From: Octopus sinensis | Lineage: Eukaryota | DNA: 64,000 nucleotides | Assembly: GCF_006345805.1 (NCBI RefSeq) | Contig: NC_043005.1 | Location: 8,060,001-8,124,000, forward strand | Reading direction: 5' to 3' | Shown: positions 38,550-52,282 of the stretch, in pieces | Position numbering within the stretch: position 1 is the stretch's first letter | How the letters are laid out: every line of letters starts with the position of its first letter | Position numbers and translations under genes: made by a program | Notes under the pieces: model-generated | Database searches by the model: none | Seen by the model: only the letters and a program-made list of their open reading frames with translations | What the model was told of the DNA's origin: nothing

Positions 38550-39744
38550 CTAGCATTAAAGACCCGTCGTTGCCGGGTCATAGTGCTAGTGCATGTATAT
38601 ATGTGTATATATATGTGTATATATTACATGTACATCTATATACATACATCTACACATAAAATACAAAATACCAAGTTATATCTTGATATCGCTAGTGATA
38701 ACAATACTCAAAATATAACAGACTGGAATTGTTTGCCTGTCTCTTGTAATTTCGATCAATTGTATCTTGTCGTTCCTCTTGTATAGAAGTGTGGCTACAA
38801 TCCAGCCTACCTCTACTTCGGGAGGAGGGGGGGCTTTAAAATGTTTTTCCGGGACGTCCTGCATCCCAGATATATAGGTAAAGATAAAATATTTCCACTT
38901 TGCAAGTTCGAGTCGAGTACTCCCTTGCACGCTCCGTTGACTCGAACATTGCTTCTATTGTGGCGAATTTATAGCCTCTGATTAGATATCTTTCATAGTC
39001 CCACCAAGACACTTTTCGAAGGTGCTTTCCTCCATGTGTTCAAATCTTCTTTTTTCTCTACATTGTATACTTTATAGACAATAGTCTTTTCTTTAATTTA
39101 ATTTTTTATTATCCATCTGGACTATTCCATGTCTGCACGCTAATTTTATTTTTTATTTTTTCCCATTCATGTGAAACCACTTATTCAAGTTCAAGTCATT
39201 GATGCAATTTGATACCAATTTTTATTTTTACTTTTGTTATGCTACGGTTATATTATACTTTAGGTTGATTTTAATTATTACTAACTACATATAATTCAAT
39301 TGTTATTAATATTTTTATTGTTAAAGTGAAAGCATCTGACATAAAATAGCGAAATGTTCTTGTTTCACTTTTAACACGTAATACTGAAATAGTGGAGAAG
39401 ATATTATATTGCTATGGGCTCGCTCTAGGCAAGAAGTTGAACATTTTTTCTACCCATGAAACTATATGGACCGTAAGTAAGGCATGTGTAAACTTTGAAT
39501 GGAATTGGTTGTGTAGTTCTCAAGTTTTAGGGAATCGTAGTGGAGAATATATGATATTGCTGTGGGCTCGCCCTAGGCAAAAGGTGAAAAATCTTTTTGC
39601 TGATGACACTCCCCGGACCATAAGTAAGGCATGTGTAAAATTTGAATGAAATTGGTTGTGTAGTTCTCAAGTTTTAGGGAAACACACAGACAGACAGACA
39701 GACAGACACACACACATTCTCAGTTTTATATATATAATAAAGAT
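38550..39744 (-). mobile_element. ~1.2-kb non-autonomous Helitron with internal 148-bp tandem repeats and (GACA)n
   Basis: The left end on the minus strand reads GACCCGGCAACGACGGGTC..TGCTAG|T. The right end on the minus strand reads ..TATATATAAAACTGAGAATGTGTG..TCTGTCTG. Repeats at 39390-39534 and 39538-39681. Confidence 0.75.
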
Positions 39745-39821
39745 ATATGTTTATCTGTGTCTTTGTCTATACATTCGGATAAATTTGTGCGTTGATGTAA
39801 GCGTGTGCGTGTGCATCATAA

Positions 39822-39909
<88 letters not shown>

Positions 39910-40683
39910 CAGTAGAAGGAGAGGAAGAGAAAAAAAGCGAAAGAATGAGAAAGAGATATAAGGAAAGAAAGAAACAATACAAGTACCTGATGATGAAACT
40001 GTAAGTATACAACCCTTGCAGAGCGCAGGAAATAACAAACGTCATCCAATGATAAAAATAAAAGAATGACGGAATATAGGGATGAAAGAAATATGTAAAT
40101 CGAATGAATGCTCAGAGAAAAATATATGAAAAACATAACGTTAATTGCAGTTTGTTTAAAAGACATAAATGTGGTTAAATTTGAAATTTGGTTGATAATT
40201 TTTGTCTTACTCTATATTTGTGTTTATATCCTTTTCAGGAATATTAGAGTTGATAGTTTCACAGTTCTACATGAACGAATTAATTTAGAGAAAATATTTT
40301 GAAAATATTGTATAATATTTTTTTTCTATTTTTCACATTTAATTGATATTCTAACTGAATCTCCAATATTATTCTGCCCTGTATCTATGTGTATGTATGC
40401 ACGTATGTATGTATATATCTGTTACTCTTCCTCTCTAAATATATATATATAAATATATATAAATAAATATATATGTATATATACATATGTGTGTGTATCT
40501 CTATATATATAAATATGGAAGTACATACATATATATATACAGACGCACACATACACATATATATGTATGTATGTCTATATAAGTACATATATACTTACAT
40601 ACATACAAACACACATGCATACCTACATACATGTATATAAATATAAATGTATATATGTATGTATATATATATCTAATAATATC

Positions 40684-40729
<46 letters not shown>

Positions 40730-41139
40730 CATATATAACATATACTGTGTTAACAATCAAACTAAATATTTATCCGTATATGTAATTGTCTCCTCGTTTT
40801 GTTGGGTTTTGTAGAAGCATAAATGGGAAGCGGAAAAAAGTTATCAATCAAAACCAGAGGTCTAAATAAGCTGATTTGCATCTCTGTTTTTCCTGCTCCT
40901 TTCTTTGATATGTATGTAGCTATGCATCTGTACTAGATGCAGGCATACACAAATATAAAGACACAATATATCAATACATTAATACACACACACATACACA
41001 GACACGCACGCACGCACACATATGTGTATGTAATGTATATATATGTGTGTGTGTGTGTATGTGTGTGTATATACATATATATGTGTCTGTCATGTGTATG
41101 ACGTTAAGGTGAGGTTCTTGTTTGGGTGTTGTGAAGTTG

Positions 41140-41247
41140 TGGAGAGCGTGGTGCTCCGTCGGTTGAGATGACGCGGGTTCCAGTTGATCTGTTCAACGGA
41201 AAGCTGGTTCGCCAAATTAACGTGCAAGTGGCTAAGAACCGCGCAGA
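41140..41247 (-). mobile_element. Old SINE family C tail fragment truncated by a family A insertion
   Basis: GCTCCGTCGGTT..GGGTTCCAGTTGATC..CAACGGAA..AAATTAACGTGCAAGTGGCT resembles 25463-25560. Confidence 0.65.
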
Positions 41248-41755
<508 letters not shown>

Positions 41756-41763
41756 GAACCTAT

Positions 41764-41818
<55 letters not shown>

Positions 41819-41884
41819 CATATATGTGTGTGTATGTATGTATGTATGTATATATATATGTATCTATATATGCATATACATATA

Positions 41885-41931
<47 letters not shown>

Positions 41932-42356
41932 ACACAAACACACGCACACACATATATATGCATATTATTATATATGTAAGCATATACATATATCGATTCG
42001 TGCAAACATGCATATATACATACATACATACATACATACATAGATACATACATACATACATACATAATACATACATACATACAGATAACATACCCATGTA
42101 CATGTCAGCAAGTACTCTCATTGCTATATTTTCTAATTATTTAGATGTTGGTATCTAAGTGCTTTGTAGAATATTTGCCACCGAGTCAGCTTTCCACTCT
42201 GTCTATCAATTTCAAATTAGATTCACATACATAAGAACATACACATATATTCGCACATAAATCTGCATGTGCGCTTGCGCAAAGGACTCTCTTTTGAAAC
42301 ACCAATTATATACAAGCTTGTACATTAAGTTTTACTTGTTTCAGCTATATCAGCAC

Positions 42357-42752
42357 CGGTGTGGCTGTGTGGTAAGTAGCTTGCTAACCAACCACATGGT
42401 TCTGGGTTCAGTCCCACTGCGTGGTATCTTGGGCAAGTGTCTTCTGCTATAGCCCCGGGCCGACCAATGCATTGTGAGTGGATTTGGTAGGTGGAAACTG
42501 AAAGAAGACTGTCGTATATATGTATATATATATATATATGTGTGTGTGTGTCTGTGTTTGTCCCCCTAGCATTGCTTGACAACCGATGCTGGTGTGTTTA
42601 CGTCCCCGTGACTTAGCGGTTCGGCAAAAGAGACCGATAGAATAAGTACTGGGCTTACAAAGAATAAGTCCCGGGGTCGATTTGCTCGACTAAAGGCGGT
42701 GCTCCAGCATGGCCGCGGTCGGGTTACTGAAACCAGTAAAAGAGTAAAAGAG
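42357..42752 (+). mobile_element. SINE family A, full length
   Basis: Colinear with 416-842. Confidence 0.92.
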
Positions 42753-42926
42753 AGAGTATCCCGTGAATATGCAGCGACACTATTGTTTGTAAGATTCTCA
42801 ATTTATTATACTTTATATTCATGATCCTTTGTATGTATGTGTGTATGTATGTATGTATGTTTGTATGTATGTGTGTGTGCGCCTGTATGGGCGCGCGTTT
42901 GTGAGTGTATATATATGTATGTATGT

Positions 42927-43540
42927 CATTATTCAGTTTTATTTCAAGGTTTCTTGCCAATAGAGAAAGAGCCGGTTTCTAACCTAGTTCCAAGGCTCCT
43001 TCATTGGAATTTCAACATCAACAGGGTATTTTTGTATGTATGTATACGTACAGATTTGTATGTTTTGTTTCGTGTATGTCTTCTCGTGTATCTACTACTT
43101 ACATATCTATATGTATTCATATATACATAAATGATAAACTGCTGGAAACTTTTACAGATTTTTACAGCTCCAATGATGGCTTCGTATCAGGTTTCTCACC
43201 ACTGGTTTTGAGAAGCCTAATTTCTCAAGATTGGTATTTAGACAGTGTGTTACTTATCCCAGTGCCTCAATAATTACAGATATAAACCTGAATTTGTAAT
43301 CTGGATAGAGTAACTATGTATGTATGCATGTATTTACGTATGTATGTTCTTATTCAGTTTTACTTCAACATTTCTTGCCAATAGAAAAAGAGCTGGGTTC
43401 TAACATAGATCCAAGTCTCCTTCATTGAAATTTCAACATCAACGAGCTATTTTTGTATGTATGTATGTATACTCATGCATATAGTTGCATATCTAGACAT
43501 GCTCATATATACTTAAATGGTAAACTACTGCAAAGTATGT
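42927..43540. repeat. (TATG)n-embedded repeat, two partial tandem copies
   Basis: TTATTCAGTTTTA.TTCAA..TTTCTTGCCAATAGA.AAAGAGC.GG.TTCTAAC.TAG.TCCAAG.CTCCTTCATTG.AATTTCAACATCAAC at 42927-43033 and 43349-43455. Confidence 0.8.
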
Positions 43541-43604
43541 ACGTATATATGTATGTGTGTATGTATGTGTGTATGTATGTATGTATGAATGTATGCATGT
43601 ATGC

Positions 43605-45130
43605 AATCACCAAACTCATTGAAGAGAAGTGAAGTGTTTTGTTGTGACTCCATTGCTACACTACTGTTGGTATGATTCTTGCGAACCTAACAATGGGCTA
43701 CCTGGAAATAATCACTTACCAGGAATCTTTATCAATCTTTGGAAACCCCCTCTCTCAATACATAAAAGAGAATTGGAAACGATTCCTGGACGATTGTTTT
43801 ATACTCTGAAATGAAAACACAGATAAACTCCTAAAATTCAAAAACCTATTGAACAGCATAAACCCAAATATACAGTTCACAATGGAATACAACAAAAAGG
43901 AGCTCCCATTCTTGGATATACTGATTAAAAAATAGAAACATAATTTTTTTACAAAGCCACAGACGCCAAACAATACCTTCTTTTTGATTCATGCCACCCA
44001 AGACACACTAAAACAAATATCCCCTTCAACCTTGCAAGAAGGATATGCACAATAGTGTCAGAACAAAATACCAGGAACTTTAGACTGCAAGAACTAAAAA
44101 ACACCCTAATTGACAGACATTACCCAGCTCAACTCATAGAGGATGGGATCAGACGTGCAACAGAAATCAACATAGAAACTTTGAGAAAAGTTCAACACAA
44201 CAACAAACCTTCCTCGAAAATACTACCTTACATATCCACATACAACCCCAGAAACAAAGAAGCCTTCACCATCATCACCCAGAATTTACCAATACTTCAT
44301 AAGGACCCCAAATTAAAGGAAATTCTAAACACACACCAAATCATTAAAAGCTACAAACAACCTAAATCCCTTAAAAAGATTCTCATAGAGGCAAAATTGT
44401 TTTCTGAAATTACGGATGCAAAAGTAAAAAATGTGGTAGACCGAACTGTGCAACATCTCCAAACCTGCTAGAAGGATCAGAATTCCTCTTCAAAAAGGGA
44501 CAGAAATTCAAGATCAAATCTAATTTTACTTGTGCCTCTGAAAACATAATTTATGTCATAAAATACTCGGGCTGCCACCAAGACTACGTGGGGTCCACGG
44601 GACTATCACTCAGACGTAGATGCACACTGCATCGACAACAGATTGCATTCCCAGAATACAGAATGATACCCTTTAGTGAGCACATTGAGAAATGCGCAAA
44701 GCAACTACTACTACAATTTTTAATCCTTCCATTTTACCAATGTGCTATCGGAACACCAACACAAACAAGGAAACATTCTTCATTGAAAAATACAAGCCCA
44801 AACTTAACCATTCCAACATACTTATACAGAGAAATTCACTCCAAAAGAAAGGCAAGAAATTTTAAGCGATTATCTCCCTTACACAGGAAGAAATCACTTA
44901 TTACCTCCCCTTATCTGGAACTCTTCTCAACATAAACATAACGATGTAAGAAATTTGAAAAGCTGAACGCGAAACCGGTCATTTCTTCAAAAACTATGTC
45001 ATTGTATGAAAAAAATTTATAACATTCTTCAGACATATTGACTCAAATATATATTTTTTAACCTTTTAAAACAAGCCTTCTGTAGTTTTTTCACTTTTTA
45101 CTATTTTCTATATATTCAACCACGTGCTTT
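43605..45130 (+). mobile_element. Penelope-like element, 5'-truncated (RT C-half, GIY-YIG, 3' region), frameshifted
   Basis: NWKRFLDDCF (43771-43800); IQFTMEYNKKELPFLDI; SCHPRHTKTNIPFNLARRICTIVS; NFTCASENIIYVIKYSGCHQDYVGSTG..LHRQQI. GAAACCGGTC hammerhead-type motif at 44971-44980. Confidence 0.92.
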
Positions 45131-45148
45131 CACACACCAACTTTCTCA

Positions 45149-45187
<39 letters not shown>

Positions 45188-45190
<3 letters not shown>

Positions 45191-46053
45191 TTCATGTATG
45201 TATATGTGTATGGGTGCGTGTGTCTCTGTGTTTGTGACCTGCTTGACAATTGATGTTTGCTTGTTTACATTAAGTAATCTAGCGGTTTGGTAAGGTGTCC
45301 TATAGGGTAAGTCCAAGGTGGTGAAGTACAAGACGGTGATGGACGATCGATTGCTGGAGATAGCACCAACTCATCTAGCAAAATATAGAAAAAAAAACAG
45401 TGTCTGAATAGTCACTTGAGGCGCGGTTAGCCAGTTAGCTACTTAAAAAGTATATGTTACAAGAGAGGCAGTTTCAATACCGAGAAGTAATATTCATTCC
45501 CACTTAAATGTGGATTGCACTCCAATGGCTGCAACAAGTAAAAGTTAAAATGATACACACACACACACACACACGACCCCACCACACACAAATGGGTGTG
45601 ACATGTACTTATGTCTAATAGACATTTGCACTTCATAACTTTACCTAAATACATTATGCTATAGTGAAATTTAAATGATGCAGATGAGTATGCTATTGTA
45701 TCTCTGTTTGCTGTCTGTGCGTTTCGTGTTTCAATGTATTCGATACAGTTTATGCGTTTCTGTCTCCAATAATTGAGGTTTTGTTTAAATCTGATAACAG
45801 TTTACTTTTTGGTAATTGAATTTGGGTTTGAGTCTGTGTGTATTGTGTGGGTGTGGTGTGCTGTGTGTGTGTGTGTGCGTAAGAGAGAGAAAGAGAGTTT
45901 GTGTTAATTTGATAATATTACCTGTCTAGTAAATATAATGTGAACTGAAAGCATCTGATCTGTTAAAGATGTGTTCATAAATGTGTATGCGATGTATGTA
46001 TATACATTAATTCATACACATACAATCTCGCACATACACGCTCATATATATTC

Positions 46054-46087
<34 letters not shown>

Positions 46088-46946
46088 TTCATGTATGTAT
46101 ATGTGTATGGGTGCGTGTGTCTCTGTGTTTGTGACCTGCTTGACAATTGATGTTTGCTTGTTTACATTAAGTAATCTAGCGGTTTGGTAAGGTGTCCTAT
46201 AGGGTAAGTCCAAGGTGGTGAAGTACAAGACGGTGATGGACGATCGATTGCTGGAGATAGCACCAACTCATCTAGCAAAATATAGAAAAAAAAACAGTGT
46301 CTGAATAGTCACTTGAGGCGCGGTTAGCCAGTTAGCTACTTAAAAAGTATATGTTACAAGAGAGGCAGTTTCAATACCGAGAAGTAATATTCATTCCCAC
46401 TTAAATGTGGATTGCACTCCAATGGCTGCAACAAGTAAAAGTTAAAATGATACACACACACACACACGACCCCACCACACACAAATGGGTGTGACATGTA
46501 CTTATGTCTAATAGACATTTGCACTTCATAACTTTACCTAAATACATTATGCTATAGTGAAATTTAAATGATGCAGATGAGTATGCTATTGTATCTCTGT
46601 TTGCTGTCTGTGCGTTTCGTGTTTCAATGTATTCGATACAGTTTATGCGTTTCTGTCTCCAATAATTGAGGTTTTGTTTAAATCTGATAACAGTTTACTT
46701 TTTGGTAATTGAATTTGGGTTTGAGTCTGTGTGTATTGTGTGGGTGTGGTGTGCTGTGTGTGTGTGTGTGCGTAAGAGAGAGAAAGAGAGTTTGTGTTAA
46801 TTTGATAATATTACCTGTCTAGTAAATATAATGTGAACTGAAAGCATCTGATCTGTTAAAGATGTGTTCATAAATGTGTATGCGATGTATGTATATACAT
46901 TAATTCATACACATACAATCTCGCACATACACGCTCATATATATTC

Positions 46947-46950
<4 letters not shown>
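45188..46950. repeat. Near-perfect ~0.9-kb tandem duplication (45188-46057, 46085-46950) bounded by (TA)n
   Basis: The units appear identical on reading except for (CA)n length; offset 897 bp at the start and 893 bp at the end. Confidence 0.95.
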
Positions 46951-46997
<47 letters not shown>

Positions 46998-47007
46998 TGT
47001 ATAAATA

Positions 47008-48123
47008 CGTGGGTGTACCCAAAGGTAACCGGAAACGTTCTCTGTGGTTACTTAAAAGGTGGCGAGCTGGCAGAAACGTTAGCACGCCGGGCGAAATGCT
47101 TAGCAGTATTTCGTCTGCTGCTACGTTCTGAGTTCAAATTCCGCCGAGGTCGACTTTGCGTTTCATCCTTTTGGGGTCGATAAATTAAGTACCAGTTACG
47201 CACTGGGATCGATATAATCGACGTAATCCGTTTGTCTGTCCTTGTTTGTCCCCTCTATCTTTAGTCCCTTGTGTGCAATAAAGAAATAGGAAACGTTCTC
47301 TGTGGGACAAACCCGTTGTAGTTCAGACGTCTCCGGGTGGAGTCGTACTGCCACGTGGTGCGTCTTTTTTTTTGCTGTGCTTCTTCCTTGTTCGTCGATT
47401 TTTGCCATGGCCGAAACGAAGGAACAGGGTGCTTCCGTGAAATTCTGCTCTCTTCCTGAGAAAATGACGGCTGAAACAGTTGTCATGCTTCAAACAATTT
47501 ACAAGGACACTGCCATGAGCAAAACACAAGTTTGCAAGTGGTTCTTCCCTCTTTAGGAATGGTTACTTGTCACTTGATGACCAACCTCATTCAGGACGAC
47601 TGTCGACCTCCCGAATGAATGAAAACAATGAAAGTTCATGAACTGATCTTCGAGGACCTTCACCAAACAATTGACGGACGTATTGATATGACTGATTTAT
47701 CCCGGAACTCCTTCTAACGAATTTTGAGTGAGGAATTGCGAATGAAAAGAATTGCAGCAAAATGTATGCCTCGCTTCCTCATGGAAGATCAAAAGCAATT
47801 ACGAATGTGCGTCGTGAACTGAAAGAACATTCGGAAGTTGATTCGGACATATTTTCGAAGCTCACCTTTGGTGACGAAAACTGGTACTATGGAATTTGCA
47901 GATGTGGAAAAGGCGAAAAAAAAAAAAAAAAAAAAACGATTGATGTATTAAATGGCATCACTTCGCAAGAGTTCCAGCAGGGTTTCAAATAATGTAAATG
48001 CGCCTGAACCGATGCATTGACCCGGACAGAGAATTCTTTGAAGGCGATAAATTTGTAAGCATGTAAAACTAAGAGAATAAAATAATGTTGCAAAATTCCT
48101 GTTTCTTTTGAGTATATGGAATA
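47008..48123 (+). mobile_element. Mariner element, internally deleted, with a SINE inserted next to the left TIR
   Basis: TA|CGTGGGTGTACCCAAAGGTAACCGGAA left TIR; degenerate right TIR at ~48096-48123. MAETKEQGASVKFC..AETVVMLQTIYKDTAMSKTQVCKWF; SGR.STS; FGDENWYYG; C-terminal ..FEGD*. Confidence 0.88.
47048..47288 (+). mobile_element. SINE family B, full length, 17-bp TSD
   Basis: TSD GGAAACGTTCTCTGTGG at 47031-47047 and 47289-47305. Confidence 0.93.
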
Positions 48124-48197
48124 GTGGAAGGTCGAATCCCTTTTCTCGTTGGATCTCTTGTATTAAAATGCAACTTAGAATTGTTTCGAAGACACAT

Positions 48198-48478
<281 letters not shown>

Positions 48479-48899
48479 ACCAGATTTTTCATTTACAAAG
48501 TCAGGCGATAGAGAAAAAGAGCAAGAGCGACAGAGAGGAAAAGGAAAAAGGGAAAAGAAAGGAAAGATGTAAAAGTAAAAAAAGAAGCTAAAGGGGGAAA
48601 AAAGGAAAGAAAGTTCGCAGCGACAGTGTTCTTCTCAATACGTGACTTTCATGTTAAGACAATCTTTTGCACTTCCTGTATGGATGGTAAGCCGAGGATC
48701 ATCCTCAAATAATTTTCAGTTCTTTTCTTTTGATCATTTCAAGTGCTCCTATGATCACTGGTATTGTAACCGTCTTGAGATGCCACATCTTTTAGATTGC
48801 GTTATATTTTCCTCTGCTCCGTAGCCACTGATGGGAGTGCTTCTGGTCTCCATCAACTTGTTTGCTATTATTATGATTCTTCTTCTTCTTCTTCTTCTT

Positions 48900-48930
<31 letters not shown>

Positions 48931-48947
48931 TTATTATTATTATTATT

Positions 48948-49162
48948 AAGGCGGTAAAATGTTAGAATAGTTAGCGCCCCAGGAAAAACTCTTGGCGGTA
49001 TTTTGCCCACCTTTATGTTCTGAGTTCAAATTCCACCGCTGTCAGCTTTACGTTACATCCTTTCGGGTTCGATAAATTAAGTGCCATTGAAACATTTGGT
49101 CGATGTAATCGGCTAGCCCCTCCACCTCAAATTTCAGCCCTTGTGCCTTTAGAAGAAAGGCT
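48948..49162 (+). mobile_element. SINE family B, older variant
   Basis: AAGGCGGTAAAATG..CTGAGTTCAAATTCCACC..CATCCTTTCGGG.TCGATAAATTAAGT..GCCCTTGTGCC. Confidence 0.75.
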
Positions 49163-49370
49163 TATCATTATTATTGTTGTTGTTGACGTTGTTTAACTTT
49201 TATGTATAAAATTATACATTGTTAAATACAACATGCAACAATGTGGCTATCGAAAATATGAGGAAGTGGACAAAAACAATGTGTTACATTTCTTGATCAT
49301 TACGTTTATCGGTAAAGTTGTACAGCTCGATACACAGGAGTCTGTTCCATATTTGGTATAACTTCATATA

Positions 49371-49535
49371 GGCGCAAGAGTGGCTGTGTGGTAAGTAGCT
49401 TGTTTACCAGCCACATGGTTCCGGGTTCAGTCCCACTGCGTGGCACCTCGGGCATGTGTCTTCTACTATAGCCTCGGGCCGACCAAAGCCTTGTGAATGG
49501 ATTTGGTAGACGGAAACTGAAAGAAGCCCGTCGTA

Positions 49536-49575
<40 letters not shown>

Positions 49576-49797
49576 TGTGTGTGTTTGTGTGTGTTTGTGT
49601 GAGTGTGTTTGTCCCCCTAGCATTGCTTGACAACCGATGCTGGTGTGTTTGCGTCCCCGTCACTTAGCGGTTCGGCAAAAGAGACCGATAGAATAAGTAC
49701 TGGGCTTACAAAAGAATAAGTTTCGGGGTCGAGTTGCTCGATTAAAGGCGGTGCTCCAGCATGGCCGCAGTCAAATGACTGAAACAAGTAAAAGAGT
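49371..49797 (+). mobile_element. SINE family A, full length
   Basis: Colinear with 416-842. Confidence 0.92.
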
Positions 49798-50036
49798 ATA
49801 TATATGCAGAAGTTAATGTAGCTGTTTTATTTCTTCATCATCGTAGATTTTTCATCGCCATAGACTTTTCCTCACCATAAACTTTGCAAGCTTTCATAGT
49901 ATGAAATATGACTGTTTTCCGCATCAGACCTTTATAAAACATTATATAAACATTATATATATATATAAAACATTAGGTTTGAAGTCCACTATAACCCTTT
50001 ATAACAATGTTTCGAATTACTGCTTTTGTCACATTC

Positions 50037-50377
50037 CGGGATCCGGGGCCCCCTTCGGTCACGACACTGACCATGGGATTGCACCTAGAAAGTTACCCTC
50101 CTAGTCACAAGTCTGGGCAAGGTGGTTTATGGAAGACCAGCAGTCGCCCATGCATACCGGCCTGCCCTCTCCACGCCACCAGGGTTATCCAATGGAAAGG
50201 CAAGGGCCGATACAGCTTGACACCTATGACGTCGCAACTCATTTCTACAGCTGAGTGAACTGGAGCAACGTGAAATAAAGCGTCTTGCTCAAGAACACAA
50301 CAAGCAGCCTGGTCCGGGATTCGAACTCACAACCTCACGATCGTAAGCTCGACGCTCTAACCACTGCGCCATGCGCC
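50037..50377 (-). mobile_element. tRNA-derived SINE family D
   Basis: Minus-strand head GGCGCATGGCGCAGTGGTTAGAGCGTCGAGCTTACGATCGTGAGGTTGTGAGTTCGAATCCCGG is strongly tRNA-like. Short CACATT flanks. Confidence 0.88.
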
Positions 50378-51503
50378 ACATTATGGTACACGTAACTTAC
50401 TTTTAGTAAAAATATAGAAGCAACAGCTGTGGCAATAGACAAGAAAATATCAAGTAATATGTACCATGAATCAAAATTCTCACCGTACACAACTATAATC
50501 TTGGCTAAAATTCGAGACGTATATAACTTAAAATTTAGACAATCCCCCGCAAGGGCAGAACTTGGTGGTTGTTTACCGAAACTACTGGTCATATTTCTTA
50601 ATTTCTAAAAGTTACGTAATCTGAGTTTCCATAAGTAAAGTGTAAACTTACATTTAAACGCATACATACTGACTCATATTCTTTTATGTGTGTGTGTGTG
50701 TGTGTATACACACGCATACATACATATAACAAACCGAAAAGAAGAAAATGGTTTGAGAACTCTATCTTGGAGGAAAACGGAGGAAAATAAAGAAAATGTT
50801 TATCAAAATACGCTAACAGTTTCACTCGTTTTAAAGTCGATATATCCAAGCTCTAATAGAAAGGAAAATAAATTGGATTAAATTCAATCAAATTAATCTT
50901 TCATTCTATTATTTCTGGAAGTACATAGTTTTTCTTACAAAGTTTACATAGAGCCGGTGGTTGGTTTTCTTGTGATGGCTGCTGGGTCGTAGTAGAACTA
51001 ATAACGGTTTTATCAGTTGTAGTTGTCTTTACTATGAATGGTAGTATTGAGGTGCTACTATTACTAGTAGCGGCAGCAGTAGTAGTAATCGTAGTAATAG
51101 TGGCTGTATTAATGACAGTTGTAGTGCACCAAAGAACGGTAAATAAAACGAAAGACATCAATCAGAGAAGCAATCTATTACTAGAAAAATGGCACGCCTC
51201 TTCAACAAGACACACACAAAAACAGGTCATTCATCAAAGCTGTATCCAACCCAAGTGATAGCGAGGTTGCTGCTACGTATTCGGGTCTTTCTACTACATT
51301 CATGGTGGCAACTGAATACTTTCTTACTGTAATGTACCCGCTGTCTTGTCCCCTACTCTCTACGACGCCTCTGATGCAGCAAAATAGAGGGTTTAAATTA
51401 AGAAAGTTGAGGTAATATGCTAGTATTGTCACACAATCAGACGGTATCCGTAGATCTTGCAGGATAAGAACTTTACTATTTCGTCAACAACAACAATAAT
51501 GAT

Positions 51504-52048
51504 GCCCTGATGATGCAGTACCAGACAGTGACTGTTATGGCTTTTGATGTCAACTCATTGGAAGTGTTATCCTGTACATTTTTTTGTCTTGGTATACAGC
51601 AAATATTCTGCTTCATACAACAGATTTGCTTGTCACTTGTTTAACCTTAACCAGTTGGGCATGTTCCTTAGTGGCTGATGATATGTGCATCTCTGATCAC
51701 GAGCAGAATTAGTGGAGGAGCATGATAGCCATGAGTTGAGAGTGATTCTCTAGGAATTGAATAATTCACCTCTGGAGACATGGGTGTTTTATTAATCATC
51801 CTTAAACATACCTTATTCAGGGACCTTTTGAGTGGGATGGAGTACTCAACCTTAAGAAAATTCTAACTGGGCCCCACCTGCAAAGTCATGCACTGTTTAT
51901 CTTGATATGAGATCACTATGTCGCGCACATATTGTTGTGATGCATGTGCCTGGTGTACCCTTATCAGACGTGTAATCATGAGGGGTATAAAGGACTTCGT
52001 ATATTTTACCCCAGTGTCACTTTGATGGCATGCACAGCTCTCTCACTC
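51504..52048 (+). mobile_element. Non-coding (AAT)n-tailed retroelement, longest copy (~545 bp)
   Basis: Starts after (AAC/AAT)n and ends CTCTCTCACTC(AAT)n. Homologous to 11751, 54839 and 59416. Confidence 0.85.
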
Positions 52049-52069
52049 AATAATAATAATTATAGTAAT

Positions 52070-52282
52070 GATAATGGTTTCAAATTTTTGTACAAGGGCA
52101 GGAATTTTGGGAATGAGTCGATTACATCGACCGCAGTGTTCAACTGGTACTTATTTTATCGACCCCGAAAGGGTGAAAGGTAAAGTCGACATCGGTGGAA
52201 TTTGACCTCAGAACGTAGCGACGGGCGAAATACCGCTACGCATTTGGTCCGGCGCTCTAACGATTTTTCCAGCTCGCCGCCT

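Noticed and set aside
39390-39681. Regular direct repeats as a CRISPR-like array
   Set aside because: Eukaryotic context, only two ~148-bp units, no spacers; internal Helitron repeats.
50300-50377. tRNA-like sequences here and at 3720-3792, 6914-6990, 7880-7945 and 25770-25846 as tRNA genes
   Set aside because: Each continues into a multi-copy SINE body, several with TSDs; they are SINE heads.
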